Assembly: GCA_964016885.1 (NCBI GenBank)
Contig: OZ024742.1
Location: 163,060,001-163,124,000, forward strand
From: Eledone cirrhosa
Taxonomy: Eukaryota
Direction of reading: 5' to 3'
Length of the DNA: 64,000 bases
A program made the position numbers and the translations under genes. The notes beneath the pieces are model-generated. The model was given only the letters and a program-made list of their open reading frames with translations. It searched no databases and was not told where the DNA came from. Shown piece after piece: positions 25,302 through 38,600 of the stretch; position 1 is the stretch's first letter, and each line of letters opens with the position of its first letter.

Positions 25302-28300
25302 TTTTTACAAATTATCTCCCCCTGATTTTTATTACAAATTATCTCCACCTGATTTTTTAAAAAATTATCTCCCCTTGATTTTTTTACAAATTATCTCCCC
25401 CTGATTTTTTTTACAAATTATCTCCCCCTGATTTTTTTTTTACAAATTATCTCCCCCTGATTTTTTTACAAATTATCTCCCCCTGATTTTTTTTACAAAT
25501 TATCTCCGCCTGATTTTTTTAAATATTATCTTCCCTTGGCTGGCGGGAAATTATCTCCCCTTGGACGGCTGAAAATTATCTCCCCTTGGACGGCTGGAAA
25601 TTATCTCCCCTTGATTTTTTTTACAAATTATCTCCCCCTGATTTTTTTTTACAAATTATCTCCCCCTGATTTTTTTTTACAAATTATCTCCCCCTGATTT
25701 TTTTTTACAAATTATCTGCCCGTGATTTTTTTTACAAATTATCTCCCCCTGATTTTTTTACAAATTATCTCCCCTTGGCTGGCTGGAAATTATCTCCCCT
25801 TGGAGGCTGGAATTTATCTCCCCTTGGACGGCTAGAAATTACCTCTCCTTGGACGGCTGGAAAATATTTCTCCTTGGACGGCTGGATATTATCTACCCTT
25901 GGACGGGTGGAAATTATCTCCCCTTGGACGGCTGGAAATTATCTCCCCTTGGACGGCTAGATATTACCTCCCCTTGGACGGCTGGAAATTATCTCCCCTT
26001 GATTTTTTTTACAAATTATCTCCCCCTGATTTTTTTTACAAATTATCTCCACCTGATTTTTTTACAAATTATCTCCCCCTGATTTTTTTTACAAATTATC
26101 TCCCCCTGATTTTTTTTTTACAAATTATCTCCCCCTGATTTTTTTACAAATTATCTCGCCCTGATTTTTTTTACAAATTATCTCCGCCTGATTTTTTAAA
26201 ATATTATCTTCCCTTGGCTGGCGGGAAATTATCTCCCCTTGGACGGCTGAAAATTATCTCCCCTTGGACGGCTGGAAATTATCTCCCCTTGATTTTTTTT
26301 ACAAATTATCTCCCCCTGATTATTTTTTACAAATTATCTTTCCCTGATTTTTTTTTACAAATTATCTCCCCCTGATTTTTTTACAAATTATCTCCCCCTG
26401 ATTTTTTTTCAAATTATCTCCCCATGGCTGGCTGGAAATTATCTCCCCTTGGAGGCTGGAATTTATCTCCCCTTGGACGGCTGGAAATTATCTCTCCTTG
26501 GACGGCTAGTAATTACCTCTCCTTGGACGGCTGGAAAATATGTCTCGTTGGAGGGCTGGAAATTATCTCCCCTTGGACGGCTGGAAATTATCTCCCCTTG
26601 GACGGCTGGAAATTATCTCTCCTTGGACGGCTAGAAATTACCTCTCCTTGGACGGCTGAAAATTATCTCTCCTTGGACGGCTGGAAATTATCTCCCCTTG
26701 GACGGCTAGATATTACCTCCCCTTGGACGGCTGGAAATTATCTCCCCTTGATTTTTTTTACAAATTATCTCCCCCTGATTTTTTTTACAAATTATCTCCA
26801 CCTGATTTTTTTACAAATTATCTCCCCCTGATTTTTTTTACAAATTATCTCCGCCTAATTTTTTTAAATATTATCTTCCCTTGGCTGGCGGGAAATTATC
26901 TCCCCTTGGACGGCTGAAAATTATCTCCCCTTGGACGGCTGGAAATTATCTCCCCTTGATTTTTTTTACAAATTATCTCCCCCTGATTTTTTTTTACAAA
27001 TATCTCCCCCCGATTTTTTTTTACAAATTATCTCCCCCTGATTTTTTTTACAAATTATCTCCCCTTGGCTGGCTGGAAATTATCTCCCCTTGGAGGCTGG
27101 AATTTATCTCCCCTTGGACGGCTAGAAATTACCTCTCCTTGGACGGCTGGAAAATATGTCCTTGGACGGCTGGATATTATCTACCCTTGGACGGCTGGAA
27201 ATTATCTCCCCTTGGACGGCTGGAAATTATCTCCCCTTGGACGGCTAGATATTACCTCCCCTTGGACGGCTGGAAATTATCTCCCCTTGATTTTTTTTAC
27301 AAATTATCTCCCCCTGATTTTTTTTACAAATCTAATGATTTTTTTAAAAAAATTATCTCCCCTTCGCTGGCTGGAAATTATCTCCCCTTCGCTGGCTGGA
27401 AATTATCTCCCCTTGGACGCTGGAAATTATAGCCCCTTGGAGGGCTGGAAATTATCTTCCCTTGGACGGCTGGAAATTATCTCCCCTTGGCTCGAAATTA
27501 TCTCCCCTTGGACGGCTAGAAATTATCTCTCTTTGGACGGCTGGAAATTATCTCCCTTTGATTTTTTTTACAAATTATCTCCCCCTGATTTTTTTTACAA
27601 ATCTCCCCCTGATTTTTTAAAAAAAATTATCTCCCCTTCGCTGGCTGGAAATTATCTCCCCTTGGACACTGGAAATTATAGCCCCTTGGAGGGCTGGAAA
27701 TTATCTTCCCTTGGACGGCTGGAAATTATCTCTGCTTGATTTTTTTTACAAATTATCTCCCCCTGATTTTTTTTTTACAAATTATCCCCCCCGATTTTTT
27801 TTACAAATTATCTCCCCCTGATTTTTTTTACAAATTATCTCCCCTTGGACGGCTGGAAATTATCTCCCCTTGGACGGCTGGAAATTATCTCCCCTTGGAC
27901 GGCTAGAAATTACCTCTCCTTGGACGACTGAAAATTATCTCCCCTTGGACGGCTGCAAATTATCTCCCCTTGATTTTTTTTACAAATTATCTCCGCCTGA
28001 TTTTTTTTTTTAAATTATCTCCCCTTGGACGGCTGGAAATTACCTCCCCTTGGACGGCTGGAAATTATCTCCCCTTGGACGGCTAGAAATTACCTCTCAT
28101 TGGACGGCTGAAAATTATCTCCCCTTGGACGGCTGGAAATTATCTCCCCTTGATTTTTTTTACAAATTATCTCCCCCTGATTTTTTTTTACAAATTATCT
28201 CCCCCTGATTTTTTTTTTACAAATTATCTCCGCCTGATTTTTTTTTAAAATTATCTCTCCTTGGACGGCTGGATATTATCTCCCCTTTCATTTTTTTTAC

Positions 28301-31300
28301 AAATTATCTCCCCCTGATTTTTTTTTACAAATTATCTCCCCCTGATTTTTTTTTACAAATTATCTACCCCTAATTTTTTTTACAAATTATCTCCCCCTGA
28401 TTTTTTTTACAAATTATCTCCCCCTGATTTTTTTTTTACAAATTATCTCCCCCTGATTTTTTTACAAATTATCTCCCCCTGATTTTTTTTACAAATTATC
28501 TCCGCCTGATTTTTTTAAATATTATCTTCTCTTGGCTGGCGGGAAATTATCTCCCCTTGGACGGCTGAAAATTATCTCCCCTTGGACGGCTGGAAATTAT
28601 CTCCCCTTGATTTTTTTTACAAATTATCTCCCCCTGATTTTTTTTTACAAATTATCTCCCCCTGATTTTTTTTTACAAATTATCTCCCCCTGATTTTTAT
28701 TACAAATTATCTCCACCTGATTTTTTAAAAAATTATCTCCCCTTGATTTTTTTACAAATTATCTCCCCCTGATTTTTTTTACAAATTATCTCCCCCTGAT
28801 TTTTTTTTTACAAATTATCTCCCCCTGATTTTTTTACAAATTATCTCCCCCTGATTTTTTTTACAAATTATCTCCGCCTGATTTTTTTAAATATTATCTT
28901 CCCTTGGCTGGCGGGAAATTATCTCCCCTTGGACGGCTGAAAATTATCTCCCCTTGGACGGCTGGAAATTATCTCCCCTTGATTTTTTTTACAAATTATC
29001 TCCCCCTGATTTTTTTTTACAAATTATCTCCCCCTGATTTTTTTTTACAAATTATCTCCCCCTGATTTTTTTTTACAAATTATCTGCCCGTGATTTTTTT
29101 TACAAATTATCTCCCCCTGATTTTTTTACAAATTATCTCCCCTTGGCTGGCTGGAAATTATCTCCCCTTGGAGGCTGGAATTTATCTCCCCTTGGACGGC
29201 TAGAAATTACCTCTCCTTGGACGGCTGGAAAATATTTCTCCTTGGACGGCTGGATATTATCTACCCTTGGACGGGTGGAAATTATCTCCCCTTGGACGGC
29301 TGGAAATTATCTCCCCTTGGACGGCTAGATATTACCTCCCCTTGGACGGCTGGAAATTATCTCCCCTTGATTTTTTTTACAAATTATCTCCCCCTGATTT
29401 TTTTTACAAATTATCTCCACCTGATTTTTTTACAAATTATCTCCCCCTGATTTTTTTTACAAATTATCTCCCCCTGATTTTTTTTTTACAAATTATCTCC
29501 CCCTGATTTTTTTACAAATTATCTCGCCCTGATTTTTTTTACAAATTATCTCCGCCTGATTTTTTAAAATATTATCTTCCCTTGGCTGGCGGGAAATTAT
29601 CTCCCCTTGGACGGCTGAAAATTATCTCCCCTTGGACGGCTGGAAATTATCTCCCCTTGATTTTTTTTACAAATTATCTCCCCCTGATTATTTTTTACAA
29701 ATTATCTTTCCCTGATTTTTTTTTACAAATTATCTCCCCCTGATTTTTTTACAAATTATCTCCCCCTGATTTTTTTTCAAATTATCTCCCCATGGCTGGC
29801 TGGAAATTATCTCCCCTTGGAGGCTGGAATTTATCTCCCCTTGGACGGCTGGAAATTATCTCTCCTTGGACGGCTAGTAATTACCTCTCCTTGGACGGCT
29901 GGAAAATATGTCTCGTTGGAGGGCTGGAAATTATCTCCCCTTGGACGGCTGGAAATTATCTCCCCTTGGACGGCTGGAAATTATCTCTCCTTGGACGGCT
30001 AGAAATTACCTCTCCTTGGACGGCTGAAAATTATCTCTCCTTGGACGGCTGGAAATTATCTCCCCTTGGACGGCTAGATATTACCTCCCCTTGGACGGCT
30101 GGAAATTATCTCCCCTTGATTTTTTTTACAAATTATCTCCCCCTGATTTTTTTTACAAATTATCTCCACCTGATTTTTTTACAAATTATCTCCCCCTGAT
30201 TTTTTTTACAAATTATCTCCGCCTAATTTTTTTAAATATTATCTTCCCTTGGCTGGCGGGAAATTATCTCCCCTTGGACGGCTGAAAATTATCTCCCCTT
30301 GGACGGCTGGAAATTATCTCCCCTTGATTTTTTTTACAAATTATCTCCCCCTGATTTTTTTTTACAAATATCTCCCCCCGATTTTTTTTTACAAATTATC
30401 TCCCCCTGATTTTTTTTACAAATTATCTCCCCTTGGCTGGCTGGAAATTATCTCCCCTTGGAGGCTGGAATTTATCTCCCCTTGGACGGCTAGAAATTAC
30501 CTCTCCTTGGACGGCTGGAAAATATGTCCTTGGACGGCTGGATATTATCTACCCTTGGACGGCTGGAAATTATCTCCCCTTGGACGGCTGGAAATTATCT
30601 CCCCTTGGACGGCTAGATATTACCTCCCCTTGGACGGCTGGAAATTATCTCCCCTTGATTTTTTTTACAAATTATCTCCCCCTGATTTTTTTTACAAATC
30701 TAATGATTTTTTTAAAAAAATTATCTCCCCTTCGCTGGCTGGAAATTATCTCCCCTTCGCTGGCTGGAAATTATCTCCCCTTGGACGCTGGAAATTATAG
30801 CCCCTTGGAGGGCTGGAAATTATCTTCCCTTGGACGGCTGGAAATTATCTCCCCTTGGCTCGAAATTATCTCCCCTTGGACGGCTAGAAATTATCTCTCT
30901 TTGGACGGCTGGAAATTATCTCCCTTTGATTTTTTTTACAAATTATCTCCCCCTGATTTTTTTTACAAATCTCCCCCTGATTTTTTAAAAAAAATTATCT
31001 CCCCTTCGCTGGCTGGAAATTATCTCCCCTTGGACACTGGAAATTATAGCCCCTTGGAGGGCTGGAAATTATCTTCCCTTGGACGGCTGGAAATTATCTC
31101 TGCTTGATTTTTTTTACAAATTATCTCCCCCTGATTTTTTTTTTACAAATTATCCCCCCCGATTTTTTTTACAAATTATCTCCCCCTGATTTTTTTTACA
31201 AATTATCTCCCCTTGGACGGCTGGAAATTATCTCCCCTTGGACGGCTGGAAATTATCTCCCCTTGGACGGCTAGAAATTACCTCTCCTTGGACGACTGAA

Positions 31301-32066
31301 AATTATCTCCCCTTGGACGGCTGCAAATTATCTCCCCTTGATTTTTTTTACAAATTATCTCCGCCTGATTTTTTTTTTTAAATTATCTCCCCTTGGACGG
31401 CTGGAAATTACCTCCCCTTGGACGGCTGGAAATTATCTCCCCTTGGACGGCTAGAAATTACCTCTCATTGGACGGCTGAAAATTATCTCCCCTTGGACGG
31501 CTGGAAATTATCTCCCCTTGATTTTTTTTACAAATTATCTCCCCCTGATTTTTTTTTACAAATTATCTCCCCCTGATTTTTTTTTTACAAATTATCTCCG
31601 CCTGATTTTTTTTTAAAATTATCTCTCCTTGGACGGCTGGATATTATCTCCCCTTTCATTTTTTTTACAAATTATCTCCCCCTGATTTTTTTTTACAAAT
31701 TATCTCCCCCTGATTTTTTTTTACAAATTATCTACCCCTAATTTTTTTTACAAATTATCTCCCCCTGATTTTTTTTACAAATTATCTCCCCCTGATTTTT
31801 TTTTTACAAATTATCTCCCCCTGATTTTTTTACAAATTATCTCCCCCTGATTTTTTTTACAAATTATCTCCGCCTGATTTTTTTAAATATTATCTTCTCT
31901 TGGCTGGCGGGAAATTATCTCCCCTTGGACGGCTGAAAATTATCTCCCCTTGGACGGCTGGAAATTATCTCCCCTTGATTTTTTTTACAAATTATCTCCC
32001 CCTGATTTTTTTTTACAAATTATCTCCCCCTGATTTTTTTTTACAAATTATCTCCCCCTGATTTTT
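25302..32066. repeat. 3368-bp tandem duplication, apparently near-perfect
   Basis: Identical ORFs at 25775/29143, 26424/29792, 26881/30249 and 27065/30433. The marker GATTTTTATTAC occurs at ~25324 and ~28692, and CTGCCCGTGA is in both copies. Confidence 0.93.
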
Positions 32067-35000
32067 TTTTACAAATTATCTCCCCCTGATTTTTTTTACA
32101 AATTATCTCCCCCTGATTTTTTTACAAATTATCTCCCCTTGGCTGGCTGGAAATTATCTCCCCTTGGAGGCTGGAATTTATCTCCCCTTGGACGGCTAGA
32201 AATTACCTCTCCTTGGACGGCTGGAAAATATGTCCTTGGACGGCTGGATATTACCTACCCTTGGACGGCTGGAAATTATCTCCCCTTGGACGGCTGGAAA
32301 TTATCTCCCCTTGGACGGCTAGATATTACCTCCCCTTGGACGGCTGGAAATTATCTCCCCTTGATTTTTTTTACAAATTATCCCCCCCTGATTTTTTTTT
32401 ACAAATTATCTCCCCCTGATTTTTTTTTACAAATTATCTACCCCTGATTTTTTTTTACAAATTATCTCCCCCTGATTTTTTTTACAAATTATCTCTCCCT
32501 GATTTTTTTTTACAAATTATCTCCCCCTGATATTTTTTTTACAAATTATCTACCCCTGATTTTTTTTTACAAATTATCTCCCCCTGATTTTTTTTACAAA
32601 TTATCTCCCCCTGATTTTTTTTACAAATTATCTCCCCCTGATTTTTTTACAAATTATCTCCCCCCGATTTTTTTTACAAATTATCTCCGCCTAATTTTTT
32701 TAAATATTATCTTCCCTTGGCTGGCGGGAAATTATCTCCCCTTGGACGGCTGAAAATTATCTCCCCTTGGACGGCTGGAAATTATCTCCCCTTGATTTTT
32801 TTACAAATTATCTCCCCCTGATTATTTTTTACAAATTATCTCCCCCTGATTTTTTTTTACAACTTATCTCCCTCTGATTTTTTTTACAAATTATCTCCCC
32901 TTGGCTGGCTGGAAATTATCTCCCCTTGGAGGCTGGAATTTATCTCCCCTTGGACGGTTAGAAATTACCTCTCCTTGGACTGCTGGAAAATATGTCTCCT
33001 TGGACGGCTGGAAATTATCTCCCCTTGGACGGCTGGAAATTATCTCCCCTTGGACGGCTGGAAATTATCTCTCCTCGGACGACTAGAAATTACCTCTCCT
33101 TGGACAGCTGAAAATTATCTCCCCTTGGACGGCTGGAAATTATCTCCCCTTGATTTTTTTTACAAATTATCTCCCCCTGATTTTTTTTTACAAATTATCT
33201 CCCCCTGATTTTTTTTTACAAATTATCTCCCCCTGATTTTTTTTACAAATTATCTCCCCCTGATATTTTTTACAAATTATCTCCCCCTGATTTTTTTACA
33301 AATTATCTCCCCTTGGCTGGCTGGAATTTATCTCCCCTTGGACGGCTAGAAATTACCTCGCCTTGGACGGCTGGAAAATATGTCTCCTTGGACGGCTGGA
33401 AATTATCTCCCCTTGGACGGCTGGAAATTATCTCCCCTTGGACGGCTGGAAATTATCTCCCCTTGGACGGCTAGATATTACCTCCCCTTGGACGGCTGGA
33501 AATTATCTCCCCTTGATTTATTTTACAAATTATCTCCCCCTGATGTTTTTTTACAAATTATCTCCCCCTGATTTTTTTTTACGAATTATCTCCCCCTGAT
33601 TTTTTTTTACAAATTATCTCCGCCTGATTTTTTTTTTAAAATTATCTCCCCTTGAACGGCTGGAAATTATCTCCCCTTGGACGGCTGGAAATTATCTCCC
33701 CTTGGACGGCTAGAAATTACCTCTCCTTGGACGGCTGAAAATTATCTCCCCTTGGACGGCTGCAAATTATCTCCCCTTGATTTTTTAACAAATTATCTCC
33801 CCCTGATTTTTTTTTACAAATTATCTCCCCCTGATTTTTTTTTACAAATTATCTACGCCTAATTTTTTTTACAAATTATCTCCCCCTGATTTTTTTTTAC
33901 AAATTATCTCCCCCTGATTTTTTTTACAAATTATTTCCCCCTGATTTTTTTACAAATTATCTCCCCCCTGATTTTTTTTACAATCTCCGCCTGATTTTTT
34001 TAAAAATTATCTTCCCTTGGCTGGCGGGAAATTATCTCCCCTTGGACGGCTGGAAATTATATCCCCTTGGACGGCTGGAAATTACCTCCCCTTGGACAGC
34101 TGGAAATTATCTGCCCTTGATTTTGTTTTTACAAATTATCTCCCCCTGATTTTTTTTACAAATTATCTCCACCTGATTTTTTAAAACATTATCTCCCCTT
34201 GGACGGCTGGAAATTATCTCCCCTTGATTTTTTTACAAATTACCTTCCCCTGATTTTTTTTACAAATTATCTCCCCCTGATTTTTTTTTTACAAATTATC
34301 TCCCCCTGATTTTTTTACAAATTATCTCCCCCTGATTTTTTCTACAAATTATCTCCGCCTGATTTTTTTAAATATTATCTTCCCTTGGCTGGCGGGAAAT
34401 TATCTCCCCTTGGACGGCTGAAAATTATCTCCCCTTGGACGGCTGGAAATTATCTCCCCTTGATTTTTTTTACAAATTATCTCCCCCTGATTTTTTTTTA
34501 CAAATTATCTCCCCCTGATTTTTTTTTACAAATTATCTCCCCCTGATTTTTTTTTACAAATTATCTGCCCCTGATTTTTTTTACAAATTATCTCCCCCTG
34601 ATTTTTTTACAAATTATCTCCCCTTGGCTGGCTGGAAATTATCTCCCCTTGGAGGCTGGAATTTATCTCCCCTTGGACGGCTAGAAATTACCTCTCCTTG
34701 GACGGCTGGAAAATATTTCTCCTTGGACGGCTGGATATTATCTACCCTTGGACGGGTGGAAATTATCTCCCCTTGGACGGCTGGAAATTATCTCCCCTTG
34801 GACGGCTAGATATTACCTCCCCTTGGACGGCTGGAAATTATCTCCCCTTGATTTTTTTTACAAATTATCTCCCCCTGATTTTTTTTTTACAAATTATCTC
34901 CCCCTGATTTTTTTACAAATTATCTCCACCTGATTTTTTTTACAAATTATCTCCGCCTGATTTTTTTAAATATTATCTTCTCTTGGCTGGCGGGAAATTA

Positions 35001-35644
35001 TCTCCCCTTGGACGGCTGAAAATTATCTCCCCTTGGACGGCTGGAAATTATCTCCCCTTGATTTTTTTTACAAATTATCTCCCCCTGATTTTTTTTTACA
35101 AATTATCTCCCCCTGATTTTTTTTTACAAATTATCTCCCCCTGATTTTTTTTTACAAATTATCTCCACCTGATTTTTTTTACAAATTATCTCCCCCTGAT
35201 TTTTTTACAAATTATCTCCCCTTGGCTGGCTGGAAATTATCTCCCCTTGGAGGCTGGAATTTATCTCCCCTTGGACGGCTAGAAATTACCTCTCCTTGGA
35301 CGGCTGGAAAATATGTCCTTGGACGGCTGGATATTATCTACCCTTGGACGGCTGGAAATTATCTCCCCTTGGACGGCTGGAAATTATCTCCCCTTGGACG
35401 GCTAGATATTACCTCCCCTTGGACGGCTGGAAATTATCTCCCCTTGATTTTTTTTACAAATTATCTCCCCCTGATTTTTTGTTACAAATTATCTCCCCCT
35501 GATTTTTTTTTACAAATTATCTACCCCTGATTTTTTTTTACAAATTATCTCCCCCTGATTTTTTTTACAAATTATCTCTCCCTGATTTTTTTTTACAAAT
35601 TATCTCCCCCTGATTTTTTTTTAAAAATTATCTACCCCTGATTT

Positions 35645-38600
35645 TTTTTTTACAAATTATCTCCCCCTGATTTTTTTTACAAATTATCTCCCCCTGATTT
35701 TTTTTACAAATTATCTCCCCCTGATTTTTTTACAAATTATCTCCCCCCGATTTTTTTTACAAATTATCTCCGCCTAATTTTTTTAAATATTATCTTCCCT
35801 TGGCTGGCGGGAAATTATCTCCCCTTGGACGGCTGAAAATTATCTCCCCTTGGACGGCTGGAAATTATCTCCCCTTGATTTTTTTACAAATTATCTCCCC
35901 CTGATTATTTTTTACAAATTATCTCCCCCTGATTTTTTTTTACAAATTATCTCCCTCTGATTTTTTTTACAAATTATCTCACCTTGGCTGGCTGGAAATT
36001 ATCTCCCCTTGGAGGCTGGAATTTATCTCCCCTTGGACGGTTAGAAATTACCTCTCCTTGGACTGCTGGAAAATATGTCTCCTTGGACGGCTGGAAATTA
36101 TCTCCCCTGGGACGGCTGGAAATTATCTCCCCTTGGACGGCTGGAAATTATCTCTCCTCGGACGACTAGAAATTACCTCTCCTTGGACAGCTGAAAATTA
36201 TCTCCCCTTGGACGGCTGGAAATTATCTCCCCTTGATTTTTTTTACAAATTATCTCCTCCTGATTTTTTTTACAAATTATCTCCCCCTGATTTTATTTTA
36301 CAAATTATCTCCCCCTGATTTTTTTTACAAATTATCTCCCCCTGATATTTTTTACAAATTATCTCCCCCTGATTTTTTTACAAATTTTCTCCCCTTGGCT
36401 GGCTGGAAATTATCTCCCCTTGGAGGCTGGAATTTATCTCCCCTTGGACGGCTAGAAATTACCTCGCCTTGGACGGCTGGAAAATATGTCTCCTTGGACG
36501 GCTGGAAATTATCTCCCCTTGGACGGCTGGAAATTATCTCCCCTTGGACGGCTGGAAATTATCTCCCCTTGGACGGCTAGATATTACCTCCCCTTGGACG
36601 GCTGGAAATTATCTCCCCTTGATTTTTTTTACAAATTATCTCCCCCTGATTTTTTTTTACAAATTATCTCCCCCTGATTTTTTTTTACGAATTATCTCCC
36701 CCTGATTTTTTTTTACAAATTATCTCCGCCTGATTTTTTTTAAAAAATTATCTCCCCTTGAACGGCTGGAAATTATCTCCCCTTGGACGGCTGGAAATTA
36801 TCTCCCCTTGGACGGCTAGAAATTACCTCTCCTTGGACGGCTGAAAATTATCTCCCCTTGGACGGCTGCAAATTATCTCCCCTTGATTTTTTAACAAATT
36901 ATCTCCCCCTGATTTTTTTTTACAAATTATCTCCCCCTGATTTTTTTTTACAAATTATCTACGCCTAAGTTTTTTTACAAATTATCTCCCCCTGATTTTT
37001 TTTTACAAATTATCTCCCCCTGATTTTTTTTACAAATTATCTCCCCCTGATTTTTTTTTACAAATTATTTCCCCCTGATTTTTTTACAAATTATCTCCCC
37101 CCTGATTTTTTTTACAATCTCCGCCTGATTTTTTAAAAAATTATCTTCCCTTGGCTGGCGGGAAATTATCTCCCCTTGGACGGCTGGAAATTATATCCCC
37201 TTGGACGGCTGGAAATTACCTCCCCTTGGACAGCTGGAAATTATCTGCCCTTGATTTTGTTTTTACAAATTATCTCCCCCTGATTTTTTTTACAAATTAT
37301 CTCCACCTGATTTTTTAAAAAATTATCTCCCCTTGGACGGCTGGAAATTATCTCCCCTTGATTTTTTTACAAATTATCTCCCCCTGTTTTTTTTTACAAA
37401 TTATCTCCCCCTGATTTTTTTTACAAATTATCTCCCCCTGATTTTTTTTTTACAAATTATCTCCCCCTGATTTTTTTACAAATTATCTCCCCCTGATTTT
37501 TTTTACAAATTATCTCCGCCTGATTTTTTTAAATATTATCTTCTCTTGGCTGGCGGGAAATTATCTCCCCTTGGACGGCTGAAAATTATCTCCCCTTGGA
37601 CGGCTGGAAATTATCTCCCCTTGATTTTTTTTACAAATTATCTCCCCCTGATTTTTTTTTACAAATTATCTCCCCCTGATTTTTTTTTACAAATTATCTC
37701 CCCCTGATTTTTTTTTACAAATTATCTCCCCCTGATTTTTTTTACAAATTATCTCCCCCTGATTTTTTTACAAATTATCTCCCCTTGGCTGGCTGGAAAT
37801 TATCTCCCCTTGGAGGCTGGAATTTATCTCCCCTTGGACGGCTAGAAATTACCTCTCCTTGGACGGCTGGAAAATATGTCCTTGGACGGCTGGATATTAT
37901 CTACCCTTGGACGGCTGGAAATTATCTCCCCTTGGACGGCTGGAAATTATCTCCCCTTGGACGGCTAGATATTACCTCCCCTTGGACGGCTGGAAATTAT
38001 CTCCCCTTGATTTTGTTTACAAATTATCTCCCCCTGATGTTTTTTTACAAATTATCTCCCCCTGATTTTTTTTACAAATTATCTACCCCTGATTTTTTTT
38101 TACAAATTATCTCCCCCTGATTTTTTTTACAAATTATCTCTCCCTGATTTTTTTTTACAAATTATCTCCCCCTGATTTTTTTTTACAAATTATCTACCCC
38201 TGATTTTTTTTTACAAATTATCTCCCCCTGATTTTTTTTACAAATTATCTCCCCCTGATTTTTTTTACAAATTATCTCCCCCTGATTTTTTTACAAATTA
38301 TCTCCCCCCGATTTTTTTTACAAATTATCTCCGCCTAATTTTTTTAAATATTATCTTCCCTTGGCTGGCGGGAAATTATCTCCCCTTGGACGGCTGAAAA
38401 TTATCTCCCCTTGGACGGCTGGAAATTATCTCCCCTTGATTTTTTTACAAATTATCTCCCCCTGATTATTTTTTACAAATTATCTCCCCCTGATTTTTTT
38501 TTACAAATTATCTCCCTCTGATTTTTTTTACAAATTATCTCCCCTTGGCTGGCTGGAAATTATCTCCCCTTGGAGGCTGGAATTTATCTCCCCTAGGACG

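Noticed and set aside
27065-27739. Longest ORF (224 aa, also at 30433) as a real gene, or phase variation by poly-T slippage
   Set aside because: The homologous copy at 6917 is broken by a T/A difference at the T-run junction. The peptide is only translated repeat, and no gene context is present.
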